Both the position numbers and the translations under genes were made by a program. The notes below the pieces were generated by a model. The model saw only the letters and a list, made by a program, of their open reading frames with translations. It had not been told where the DNA came from and ran no database searches. Source: a virus. Taken from it: a DNA stretch of 64,000 nt. Positions 10,117 to 19,138 of this stretch are shown here, piece by piece. The stretch lies in IMG/VR virus record IMGVR_UViG_3300011972_000003, positions 1-64,000 of that record; one strand, given 5' to 3'. Each line of letters starts with the position of its first letter. The first letter of the stretch is position 1.

Positions 10117-10382
10117 TGATGATTCAGGTAGCATTAGTAGTAGCAGATTGGTGTAATGGTTGTCATAAAGTCCTTGAGAAAATAGAGGCATCCGACATCA
10201 ATCTTGACTACCTGAAAATAGCGGTCTTTGAGGAGAACTTAGAGCTGTGTAACCAAGCTGGAGTCAAATCAATCCCTACAGTCCTGTTTTTAAGCCATTC
10301 TGGGACACTTCTCGATCGGATTGACAGTGACATAACCCCAGAGAAAATAGAAGAAAAGTATAACAAATTAAAAGAAGAATAA
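10116..10382 (+). CDS. thioredoxin-like protein (88 aa)
   Basis: WCNGC CxxC motif. GVKSIPTVLFL matches the Trx cis-Pro region. Second Trx-fold gene, flanking GroES. Confidence 0.6.
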   Translation: MMIQVALVVADWCNGCHKVLEKIEASDINLDYLKIAVFEENLELCNQAGVKSIPTVLFLSHSGTLLDRIDSDITPEKIEEKYNKLKEE

Positions 10383-10383
10383 A

Positions 10384-10608
10384 ATGAAAAAAGGAATTAT
10401 CGCTACAGCATTTGCATTATTTGTACTAGTAAGCTGTAAAGACGAACAAAAAGAAACATTAATAACAGAAGAAGTAACGATTGAAGCTATTAAAAATGAC
10501 TCAGCTTACTTCTCTAATGGAACGTCTGCACCTCTTGAATTAGCAGGAACAGATGTAGCAGAAGGGGATGTGGTAGAGCTGAAGTATATTGTAAAGAAAA
10601 AGAAATAA
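10384..10608 (+). CDS. small lipoprotein (74 aa)
   Basis: Signal peptide with lipobox MKKGIIATAFALFVLVSC. Confidence 0.5.
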   Translation: MKKGIIATAFALFVLVSCKDEQKETLITEEVTIEAIKNDSAYFSNGTSAPLELAGTDVAEGDVVELKYIVKKKK

Positions 10609-10611
10609 TTT

Positions 10612-10959
10612 ATGAGGAAGGTAATTGCAGTTTTAGGGATCACTCTTAGTTCACTGGCTTATTCACAACAACAATATGCTTCTTACTATGGTGACAACTT
10701 TCATAACAGGAATACAGCATCAGGTAAAAGGTTAAATATTTATGGAGACCACTGTGCACATAAGACATACCCTTTTGGAACTAAACTTTTAATAACAAAC
10801 ACAAATACTGGAGCTACTGCCGTTTGTACTGTAATTGATAGAGGTCCGTTTGTAAAGAATAGAGTACTAGATCTTACAACGACAACTTTTAAGCAATTAG
10901 GTGGAAAACTCAGAGACGGCTTAATTCCAGTAACAGTTAAAGTTCATGAGCAAAGCTAA
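10612..10959 (+). CDS. RlpA-like double-psi beta-barrel (DPBB) protein with signal peptide
   Basis: ASYYGDNFHNRNTASGKRLN...AHKTYPFGTKLLITNTNTGATAVCTVIDRGPF matches the RlpA/DPBB signature ASWYG..FHG..TASGE...AAHKTLPFGT.V.VTN..NG.SV.VRVNDRGPF. Confidence 0.6.
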   Translation: MRKVIAVLGITLSSLAYSQQQYASYYGDNFHNRNTASGKRLNIYGDHCAHKTYPFGTKLLITNTNTGATAVCTVIDRGPFVKNRVLDLTTTTFKQLGGKLRDGLIPVTVKVHEQS

Positions 10960-11303
10960 CAAAATAGATATTCAAACCCTCTCTTGGAACCAGCATATTA
11001 GACACAGACCAGGCATGTACGTCTCGAATGTGGATAACCCGACTGTGATTCTAAGGGAGGTTATTGATAATGGAATAGATGAAGTTTTAGGAGGTTACGC
11101 TTCAAAGTTAGGATTTAAACAAGTAGGGGATTTCTTAATGGTATATGATAATGGTAGAGGTATGCCGATTAACCTTAAGAATGACCCAACTAATCCTAAA
11201 GTAAAAATAACCTCTGCCGAAATAGCCACCTCTCGTATGAATTCAGGTAGTAAGTATGAGAAGAATGAGGTCGCAACTGGCATGAATGGTGTGTCATTGA
11301 TTT
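10946..11303 (+). CDS. type II topoisomerase ATPase subunit (GyrB / T4 gp39-like), exon 1 (GHKL domain)
   Basis: HIRHRPGMYV resembles VRKRPGMYIG. REVIDNGIDE resembles YEVVDNSIDE. DNGRGMP resembles DNGRGIP. GMNGVSLI resembles GLHGVGVSVV. The frame hits a stop at 11309 while the NALS motif continues in the downstream exon frame. Confidence 0.7.
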
Positions 11304-11634
11304 TCAGTTAGTTACGCACTCCTCTAGGGAAACTTAGGGGTAATAAAGTCCAAGAACTGCTGGGATAAACTCGTTAAGTAGTAAGTACCAAAGTGTGACA
11401 ATCTTACTAATAGAGACAATCAGCAGCCTTTAGATTAACTAGGGGTTCAACGACTATCGAAAGGTTCGCCGAGTAGAGTACGCTATAAGTCAATAATGAT
11501 AGTGGAAGCATGGACTACCCTAACGTAAAGCCGAGGGTAAAGATATAGTCTAGCCTTAGTGGAGACACTGAGAAGTTCATAGGAGAACTGCATAGGTTTG
11601 ACGAGCCTGTGTGACTAAAAGCGAGGAACAAAAG
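11304..11634 (+). ncRNA. group I self-splicing intron, no ORF, in the topoisomerase II gene (boundaries approximate)
   Basis: Joining 11303 to 11635 reconstitutes GMNGVSLISSNALS (cf. GLHGVGVSVVNALS), with a U before the 5' splice site and a terminal G. The core contains GACAATCAGCAGCC (11415..11428), GGGGTTCAACGACTATCGAAA (11442..11462) and AAGATATAGTCT (11540..11551). These are the same blocks as in the RNAP beta intron. Confidence 0.6.
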
Positions 11635-13133
11635 CATCTAACGCTCTATCTTCAACTTATGTATTATGTTCAAAGGTTACAAAGGATAACTATAAAACCA
11701 GCATAAAGAAAGTAGAAGAAGCGTATAATAAGAATAAAGATGTTTACTACCTGATAGAGTTTAAAGAAGGGAATAAGGTTCGTGAAGATGTACTTAGTTT
11801 GGAGGAGATATTTAAAAAGTACAAGTTGAAAGTGAAGTTGGAGTTTAAACCTTCTACCCTCGTATTCTTTAAACCAGATTATACACTTATCCAATCACCT
11901 AACTATGAATTACCGCTTACAAACCTAGCTCTTGTTAAGTTAATTGTTAAGGAGACTACGAAGAAAGAGGTAGAGTATTTTATAGAAGGTAAGGAGGTTG
12001 AATATGAACTCTTTAAGTGCCCTCTAAATATGACAATAGGGAAAACCAGACTCTTAACAACCTTTGATTTTGATACAGATTTAACTAAGGGAGTATCTAA
12101 GGGATCAGTTAACTCACTTGTTGTTAATAGAGGTCTACATATAAGAGAGATGGAGAATGCTTTAAAGGAAGGGCTTAGAGTGACTTATAATTTAGATGAT
12201 GTTTATGTTCAGTTTGTTTTGAAAGGACTTAACTTATCTATAATACTCTTAGCTAATGAAGTAGGGTTCTCATCTCAAACTAAGGAAAATCTCACTCAAA
12301 TAGATGGTTGGGATAAAAGTTGTAGAGAGAAGTTAATTGAAGAGGTTACTAAGTTTTTAAAGAAGAATAAGGCTGAGTTTGAAGAGCATATTGAGAGAGT
12401 TAAGGAGTTTACCGCCTCTATGAACAAACTTAAAAATATGGACTTCATTAAATCTAAGGTTATCCTCTCTTCTGATATTCGTAAAAGTAAAGGAGGTAAA
12501 GAGATTAGTAAGCTTAGGGATTGCAGCACCAGTAATCGAGCGGATGCAGAACTTTATATCGTAGAGGGAGATTCGGCAGCAGGTTCAATTACATCAGCGA
12601 GAGATTCTAAAGTGCATGGAGTTTATCCGCTCAGAGGTAAGGTGCTGAACTGCCAGAATAAGTCTTTAGAGCAAGTATTAGAAAACAAAGAGATAAGAGA
12701 TTTAATTAACGCTATAGGTGCAGGGATTAAAGGGTATGAACTAAAAGAGAAGCCGAGATTTGGAAAGATTATAGTGGCTACTGATGCTGATGATGACGGT
12801 TATTCTATTCAAGCTTTAGTTCTAGGAGTATTTGGAGAGTATATGCCGCACTTAATTGAGAAAGGATATGTTTACTGTTTAGTTCCACCTCTATATAAGC
12901 AAGAAGGGAAGTATTATTATGACGGAGAGGAGAAAGGATTAAATAGGAATAAGAAGTTCACTCGATATAAAGGGCTTGGTACAATGAACTCTGAAGATGT
13001 AGAAGAAACGTTAATTAAGAATAAGAGGCTGAAACAAGTTACTTTGGATGACCTAGATTATGCTAAAGAAATCCTCGGTACAACTTCAGCTAAGTATGAC
13101 CTAATGAAAGAAGCTGGGATAATTTATGGCTAA
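11635..13133 (+). CDS. type II topoisomerase subunit, exon 2 (transducer + Toprim)
   Basis: Toprim motifs YIVEGDSAAGS (cf. EGDSAGGS) and IIVATDADDDGYSIQ (cf. IMTDADVDGSHI). The listed ORF starts at TTG at 11799, but the frame is open from 11619. Confidence 0.7.
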
Positions 13134-14445
13134 GAAGAATAATAAAGTAGTAACCGAGTCTATTGGAGATATAGTTTCATTCGGGTATACAGAGTTTGGG
13201 AAATACATTAATACATCAAGAGTGTTTCCTAGGCTTCTCGATGGACTTAAACCTTCCTATAGACGTGGTATTTATGCATCTTATTTAGGAGGAAAGGATT
13301 ATGCAAAGTCAGCTGAGGTTTTAGGTAATATGATGAAGTTCCACCCTCACTCTACAGATGGGACGTATGAATCACTGGCAAAGTTTACGCTCTGTGGTAT
13401 TTTAGAAGGAGAAGGGAGTTTTGGTAGAGCTGATATTCTAGGAGATTCTGATGGTCCAGCTGCTGCTCGTTATACCGCTATTAAAGTATCAAAGAAACTC
13501 AGAGCGATGATAGAGCCAGTGTTAGACCTCGTCCCATGGCAAGATAGTGAGGTGAATGGAAATATAAAAGAACCGTCATACCTTCCTACACCATTTCCGT
13601 TATCCTTCTTAGTTGATAGGGTTTCTGGATTAGGGATTGGAGTTTCAGCTATCTTACCAACGTTTTCTATGGAGAGTATGTATGAAGCTTATATAACTAA
13701 TGACCCTAAGAAGCTGAAGTATAGAACTAAGGGACTTAAGATTATAGCAAAAGATTCAGACTTAGATGCACTATGGAAAACAGGGAAAGGATATCTAACT
13801 TACCAGTATGCCAAAATAACAAAGGGAGATAGGGAAGTTCTTATAGAGGGTGACCCAAGTAGATTTCCTATTCAGTTAGATAAAGGTGGTAAGGGAGATG
13901 ACAAACTATTTATGCAGTATAGAGAAGAGGGAAGAATATTAATTGACAACCTCTCCGACAAAACAAAACCAGGACTTCTAAGAGTTTACCTTTCACCGGG
14001 AACTAGAGGAGTGGATATAGACTGGCTGCATAAATACCTAACAGAAAAAGCTACCCACAAGGAAACGTATATGATTAATGTTACTGATGGAGAGACTGTT
14101 AGAACTATAGGGATTAGAGAGTGGATAGATATAACTTACAATAATTACATAAACCTACTGAACTTAAACCGGGATAACAAATTAAAGAGCCTAGAGTTTA
14201 GTAAGAAAGTTTACCTAGCTATGCCTGAAGTGGTTAAAGTATTTCTAAAGGATACGAGTGTCACAAATGAGCAGCTGGCAAAGAAGACCAAAGTAGATTT
14301 AGAGATTATTAAAGTTATTATGTCTAAGCCTATAGGTACACTGAGAAAGACTGATTCAGAAGCTAAGATTAAAGAAATAGAAAAAGAAATAAAAGCACTG
14401 AAGAAGTTTAAAGCGGAAGAATTTATCAAAGAACACATATTTTAA
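13126..14445 (+). CDS. type II topoisomerase DNA breakage-reunion subunit (GyrA / T4 gp52-like)
   Basis: SRVFPRLLDGLKPSYRRGIY resembles RALPDVRDGLKPVHRRVLY. HPHSTDGTYESLAKFT...GSFGRADILGDSDGPAAARYTAIKVSK resembles [40 protein letters not shown], including the catalytic Tyr region. Confidence 0.7.
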   Translation: MAKKNNKVVTESIGDIVSFGYTEFGKYINTSRVFPRLLDGLKPSYRRGIYASYLGGKDYAKSAEVLGNMMKFHPHSTDGTYESLAKFTLCGILEGEGSFGRADILGDSDGPAAARYTAIKVSKKLRAMIEPVLDLVPWQDSEVNGNIKEPSYLPTPFPLSFLVDRVSGLGIGVSAILPTFSMESMYEAYITNDPKKLKYRTKGLKIIAKDSDLDALWKTGKGYLTYQYAKITKGDREVLIEGDPSRFPIQLDKGGKGDDKLFMQYREEGRILIDNLSDKTKPGLLRVYLSPGTRGVDIDWLHKYLTEKATHKETYMINVTDGETVRTIGIREWIDITYNNYINLLNLNRDNKLKSLEFSKKVYLAMPEVVKVFLKDTSVTNEQLAKKTKVDLEIIKVIMSKPIGTLRKTDSEAKIKEIEKEIKALKKFKAEEFIKEHIF

Positions 14446-14457
14446 TACACAACAATT

Positions 14458-14694
14458 ATGAGAGCATTACTTGAGGACATCTTATTAGAGAACGGTTGGA
14501 ACAAAGCAGATGGAGTAGTTAACAAATCAATCCGAATCAATGGAGTAGAAATTTGGGAAGCTGAATGGTTAGGAGGAGAGTTACTGGGAAGAGTGAATGG
14601 GAAGATTAGAAATATTGTTACACTGTTTGAAGAAATGAAGTTGAATAAGACTGTAGCAAGAGCCGCTTTTCTTAGTATATTGAGACCGGCTTAG
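14458..14694 (+). CDS. hypothetical small protein (78 aa)
   Basis: ORF only. Confidence 0.35.
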   Translation: MRALLEDILLENGWNKADGVVNKSIRINGVEIWEAEWLGGELLGRVNGKIRNIVTLFEEMKLNKTVARAAFLSILRPA

Positions 14695-14814
14695 GCTGTG
14701 GGGAAAACCTTATATATGAGAAGAGAACTACAGGAGAGTGTATTTGGCGGCATTTTCCTGTTCTTCTAATCTCACGTGTAAATCAAATAAGTATAACAAA
14801 AAAAAAACAACATT

Positions 14815-15231
14815 ATGAGCACAAACAGAAACAAAACAGGAAAATTAAACTTGAACGTACAAATGAAACAAGCTATCGATTTAAGTTTAGCTTCAGGAGT
14901 ACCAGTTTTATTCCTGTCAAATCCCGGATGTTTCACTGAGGATACCAAAGTTATAACTGACAAAGGGGAATTAACTTTTGGAGAACTTTTAGAGAGACAT
15001 AATCAAGGGGAAAAATTTAGTGTAGTTTCTTGGGATACAGAAGCTCAGCAAGAAATTAACCCAGCTATGAAGTCAGCGTTTATCACAAAAGAGGTGGATG
15101 AGCTTATTGAAGTAGAGTTAAGTAATGGAGAAGTTTATAGATGTACTCCTGATCACTTACACCTACTTGCTGACGGAAAGACTTGGGTAGCTGCTGAGGA
15201 ATTAACAGTAGGACAAGAAGTAAAGGGGTAG
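14815..15231 (+). CDS. MoxR-like AAA+ ATPase N-extein (38 aa) fused to a split-intein N-fragment (IntN, about 100 aa)
   Basis: GVPVLFLSNPG is the start of the Walker A motif. It is immediately followed by CFTEDTKVITDKGE (intein block A, Cys1 at 14929..14931) and ...YRCTPDHLHLL (block B, TxxH). The protein ends at a stop after about 100 intein residues, as split-intein IntN fragments do. Confidence 0.7.
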   Translation: MSTNRNKTGKLNLNVQMKQAIDLSLASGVPVLFLSNPGCFTEDTKVITDKGELTFGELLERHNQGEKFSVVSWDTEAQQEINPAMKSAFITKEVDELIEVELSNGEVYRCTPDHLHLLADGKTWVAAEELTVGQEVKG

Positions 15232-15237
15232 AAAATT

Positions 15238-16257
15238 ATGGAAGAGATTAGCAGACTTTTTTATGTGAATTTCAGTGTTAAAGATTTAGTAGAGTATACC
15301 GGTGGAGATCAGTTTATAGATTTATTTCTCCAAGCTAAAGGGTATAAAATCTACAACTTCTTTAATAACCTGACAAACCAGCACTACGTAGGGGATAATT
15401 CATCAACTATGCAGGAGCGTCTGTTTAACTCTCTATTCGGACATTTTACCTACTTAAGAGAACAAAGGGACTATGGTGTAGATGGGAAGTACTTAGATAT
15501 ATTAGAGTACGGGCCAGAGAACTTTTACATTAGAATCTTACCACCTATTAATGGACATACTTACGATCAAGAAAAAGATGAAGAAGTGTGGATTAGTAGG
15601 CTTAATGCTTTTGTAGGGGATTTAAATGAGCTTAACCTTCCGGGATACAATAGAAGTAGAACTGGAAAGGGAATTTATTTAAATGAACCTATAAGACATG
15701 AAAAGATTTGTGTAAAGGGTAAAGACGGGTGTTATAAATTCATTTTTCCAAGCGAGCTAACTGAAGAGTTTATAGAGGTTGATTCAAAGGAATTTTATTC
15801 AGAGATGGGGAAACGGGGTATGCAGACTCACAGGGAAAATGGAACACACGTATTTAACAAAGCTCACCAAGTAAAACTACAGAAAGCTGGACTTAAATCT
15901 CAAAAGGAAAATGGTACAGGAATCTACAGCCCAGAAGTTAGAGAGAAGGCTTTTTATAATAGTCGTAAATCTCTAAGGGAAAGGAAAGTAGGTAGCTGTC
16001 ACGATCCAGAGCTTCAGAAAAAGATTAGAGAGTATGCCACTAAGGTATCATTCTTTAATAGGCTCAATGAAAGTATCCAGTTAATCTATGATATGTTTTA
16101 CAGAGGGACGCCAATTAATGAGCAGAGTTATAATTACGTGAAAACAAACAAACACTTCTCGTATAAAAAACTTCTGGTAATCCCTAAAATTATACCCCTC
16201 ATCATAGTCAATAACTTAATAAATAATAACAACAGTACACATTATGGAATCAACTAA
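15238..16257 (+). CDS. free-standing ORF (339 aa) between the split-intein halves; candidate homing endonuclease (family not recognised)
   Basis: It lies exactly between the IntN and IntC genes. Its end overlaps the IntC start by 14 nt. No LAGLIDADG, HNH or GIY-YIG motif was recognised with confidence. Confidence 0.4.
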   Translation: MEEISRLFYVNFSVKDLVEYTGGDQFIDLFLQAKGYKIYNFFNNLTNQHYVGDNSSTMQERLFNSLFGHFTYLREQRDYGVDGKYLDILEYGPENFYIRILPPINGHTYDQEKDEEVWISRLNAFVGDLNELNLPGYNRSRTGKGIYLNEPIRHEKICVKGKDGCYKFIFPSELTEEFIEVDSKEFYSEMGKRGMQTHRENGTHVFNKAHQVKLQKAGLKSQKENGTGIYSPEVREKAFYNSRKSLRERKVGSCHDPELQKKIREYATKVSFFNRLNESIQLIYDMFYRGTPINEQSYNYVKTNKHFSYKKLLVIPKIIPLIIVNNLINNNNSTHYGIN

Positions 16258-17566
16258 AATAACAGTAAAAAGCATAAAAAGAATTAAATTAGAAGCACCA
16301 GTAAAAGTATATGATTTGGAAGTAGATCACCCGAGTCATAACTTTAAATTAGCCGCTGGGAACTTCGTGCATAACTGTGGGAAAACTACGATTGTGCAAA
16401 AATACGCCAAGGCTAATGGATATGGATATGTAGGAATTAACGGGGGTGAGTATTCTCCTGAAGATATCCTAGGTTTCCCAGTGAATCAGAATGGTGAAGC
16501 AGTAAACCTAAAGCCGGACTGGTTCAAGAAAGTGGAGGAAGAATCTGCTACTCATGAAAAGGTAATCTTATTTATTGACGAGTTAACTACCGCTTCTGAG
16601 TATGTACAGTCTCCGCTATTGAAGGTGATCTTTGATAGAATGGTGGGTCAGAGAAAGTTACCATCAAATGTAGAGATTATTTCTGCAGGTAACTATCAGG
16701 AGAATCTAGGGCAGAACTTTGACCTTATCTCTCCAATTATTAACAGATTCATGGTGTATAACTTAATATCTGTGACAAAGGAGGACTTCCAGTTGTTCCT
16801 AGACGCTGACTTCGCCGCTACAATAGACTTTAGAGAGTCACCAGATGAAGTAGAGGTTGATGAGAAAGTTATCCAAGAGGCACTTATGGACTTCATCGCG
16901 GCGAAAGGGCTTAGTCTAGATGTAATGAATAATACTGAGCTTTCTGATTTATATAGAGGGAGAAGTAGAGTATTCAACCCGCCAACATGGAGATCTGTAG
17001 GTAGACTTAAACCACTCCTACACGCCGCTGCTAAGAAAGGTCTATTAGGGTCTATGGTAACTAAAACTCTAGTAAATGGTCTAATTGGATTCCTACCTGA
17101 TAAAGAGCTTCAAGGTTCATTCAACGGAGATGTGGGAGAAACTCTAATAAATCTTCTAAAACAAAATCCAGCTCTATCTAATTTAATGAAGACTGCGGTA
17201 ACGTTTAAAGATGTTGAGTGGTTCTTAGATTCAAACATAGAGAAAGGAATTGATGAGGCTAAACTTCAAGAATTCTTAGAGATGTTTGATAAGGATAGTA
17301 AGATCTTAACCTTTGGTGAGGCTGAGAAACTGATTGATAACTTCTCCTCTAAACTATGGTCAATCAAGACTACTTACCTTAAACCTAAATTAGAGAACAA
17401 AGAGATTAAGCCAGCGGACAGTAAAGCTTATATTAGCAAGTTCTCAGAAGGTATTAACAAGGTGATTGATGTACTTGAGAAATTAGCCAAGAAAGATGAT
17501 ATTCACGAGCACAACATAGTTAAGAATAAGAGAAAGTCTGTTGAATCAGTTAATAGAATCGGGTAA
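16244..17566 (+). CDS. split-intein C-fragment (IntC, 44 aa) fused to the MoxR-like AAA+ ATPase C-extein
   Basis: KVYDLEVDHPSHNFKLAAGNFVHN matches intein blocks F and G (VYDLxV..HNF...hVHN), followed by the +1 Cys. CGKTT then completes the Walker A motif begun in the N-extein (SNPG|CGKTT). Walker B is at ILFIDELTTAS. IISAGNYQEN...LISPIINRF resembles the MoxR sensor and Arg-finger region. Confidence 0.75.
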   Translation: MESTKITVKSIKRIKLEAPVKVYDLEVDHPSHNFKLAAGNFVHNCGKTTIVQKYAKANGYGYVGINGGEYSPEDILGFPVNQNGEAVNLKPDWFKKVEEESATHEKVILFIDELTTASEYVQSPLLKVIFDRMVGQRKLPSNVEIISAGNYQENLGQNFDLISPIINRFMVYNLISVTKEDFQLFLDADFAATIDFRESPDEVEVDEKVIQEALMDFIAAKGLSLDVMNNTELSDLYRGRSRVFNPPTWRSVGRLKPLLHAAAKKGLLGSMVTKTLVNGLIGFLPDKELQGSFNGDVGETLINLLKQNPALSNLMKTAVTFKDVEWFLDSNIEKGIDEAKLQEFLEMFDKDSKILTFGEAEKLIDNFSSKLWSIKTTYLKPKLENKEIKPADSKAYISKFSEGINKVIDVLEKLAKKDDIHEHNIVKNKRKSVESVNRIG

Positions 17567-17568
17567 AC

Positions 17569-19101
17569 ATGAGAAAGGATTATGTAAAGAAAGTAGATGA
17601 GTTTAACAGCAAATACTACGTTAACTACATCTACGAAGACATCTCAGACAATTTAGATCCGAGTCACATGGGAGTTCCTATTGCTGGGTTAATTCAAAAG
17701 GATATAACTCACTGGAAACTTCTGATGAGGGAGAGCGTGTTTGAAGATAAGGAGAGTAAAATAAGAGAGAGTGTTATATATCATGAGTATGGACACGCTT
17801 TCTTTGCTCACCACCTCCTAGCTTATAAGGGTTTAAAGACTCTGGAGGGGATTATTAACAAACCGGATTATGTAGAAAGGATGGCCAAAATAAGCGGTCG
17901 TCCTAAAATCTACATAAAGGCTCTTCTATCTAACCAGCAGTTTATATTCAACCTTCTTAACATTGCTGCAGATTGTGAGATTAACTCTAAGATCTTAACT
18001 CTGGAGGATGTAGAAGCTATAGACCAGGCCTTTGAAGCTGACTCTATCCACCCATCTAAGTATGCATTCCTTGAGGGTAAAACTTATCTTGAGTACGTAG
18101 AAATGGTAGCTGAGTATCTAAACTTATTCCTACCACCAAAACAACAAGATCAACAGGGAGGCGGAGACGGACAACAGGGAGAAGGAGAAGGCGAAGGTGA
18201 TGGTCAAGGTGGAGGTTCTGGAGAATGGGATTTATCTGGAATGCCTGGCTCTGGTACTGGATCTAACTTTATTACACCTGACATGATCGAGAAAATGGTT
18301 GATGAAGGTTTGATAGATGAAGATGGGAACTTGACAGATAAAGGTAAGGAGCAGATGAAGGAGCTTAAGAGTTCTGGAGGTGAATCTAAAGAAGGTCAGG
18401 GAGAGTCTAGTGGAAATAATGGTGAAGATGGAGAACAAGAAGGTGGAGCAGGAAAGCCAGACCCTAGATTCCAAGATAATGGTAGAGGGAACTCAGGAGG
18501 AGCAGTACTAACTAGGAATACTCAGAATATCTTAAAGTCTATGGATGATTTGTTTAGAGACTTGAGAAATAAAGAGGTAACTAAAATGACTACTACAAGA
18601 AACCTATTTAAGAATCAATTAAGGGGTCGTAGTGGTAATATGTACGTTCCAGCTCTTAAGATGAACCCAGCTAAGGTAAAGGTTGAACAAATGACCTTCC
18701 TTGTTGATGTCTCCGGGTCTATGGATGAGCGTTCTATTTTCGGTATTATAAACGATATCGCAACTAGAGTGAAGAAGATAGGTCTAGATAGGGTTAGGCT
18801 TATTACATGGAATACTGGATTTGTACAAGACTTGATGATAAGAGATTTTGAGCCTAAGAGAGGTATGCTTCGTATTGGAGGTGGTACTGATCTAGCTAAA
18901 GGTTTAAAACATATCAGAGAGCTTGACGAAGGTGTTCCTATTGTAGTAATATCTGACCTTTGTGATGACATGAAAGCTTGGAATAGAGAGTTTGACAAAA
19001 TAAAAGATCCCAAGTATGTTGTTACTCTAGGACATGTAAATAAAAGTGACGTAAAAGCGATAAACAAGGATGTGAAAATCTTTGAGAGCGATTACGATTA
19101 A
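17569..19101 (+). CDS. von Willebrand factor A protein with N-terminal HExxH metallopeptidase-like domain (MoxR partner, DUF2201-like architecture)
   Basis: VIYHEYGHAFFAHH carries an HExxH motif. A Gly/Glu/Gln-rich low-complexity linker follows. FLVDVSGSMDERS is the MIDAS DxSGS motif, and ..GGGTDLAKGL matches vWA. Confidence 0.7.
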   Translation: MRKDYVKKVDEFNSKYYVNYIYEDISDNLDPSHMGVPIAGLIQKDITHWKLLMRESVFEDKESKIRESVIYHEYGHAFFAHHLLAYKGLKTLEGIINKPDYVERMAKISGRPKIYIKALLSNQQFIFNLLNIAADCEINSKILTLEDVEAIDQAFEADSIHPSKYAFLEGKTYLEYVEMVAEYLNLFLPPKQQDQQGGGDGQQGEGEGEGDGQGGGSGEWDLSGMPGSGTGSNFITPDMIEKMVDEGLIDEDGNLTDKGKEQMKELKSSGGESKEGQGESSGNNGEDGEQEGGAGKPDPRFQDNGRGNSGGAVLTRNTQNILKSMDDLFRDLRNKEVTKMTTTRNLFKNQLRGRSGNMYVPALKMNPAKVKVEQMTFLVDVSGSMDERSIFGIINDIATRVKKIGLDRVRLITWNTGFVQDLMIRDFEPKRGMLRIGGGTDLAKGLKHIRELDEGVPIVVISDLCDDMKAWNREFDKIKDPKYVVTLGHVNKSDVKAINKDVKIFESDYD

Positions 19102-19138
19102 ACAATAACTAACAAATCTTTAACTAACTATATAATTT

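Noticed and set aside
11670-11894. Minus-strand 74-aa ORF spanning the 3' end of the topoisomerase intron and the start of exon 2.
   Set aside because: It overlaps the coding exon and intron on the opposite strand, and its sequence is hydrophobic and low-complexity. It is most likely spurious rather than an intron-encoded endonuclease. It has no HE motif and the intron core elements lie elsewhere.
15238-16257. The possibility that the middle ORF is the endonuclease domain of one continuous intein.
   Set aside because: A TAG stop at 15229 ends the IntN-containing frame, and the IntC gene is in a different frame with its own start overlapping the middle ORF's stop. The IntN and IntC sizes (about 100 and 44 aa) match natural split inteins, so a three-gene fractured arrangement is more parsimonious. 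An assembly error cannot be fully excluded.
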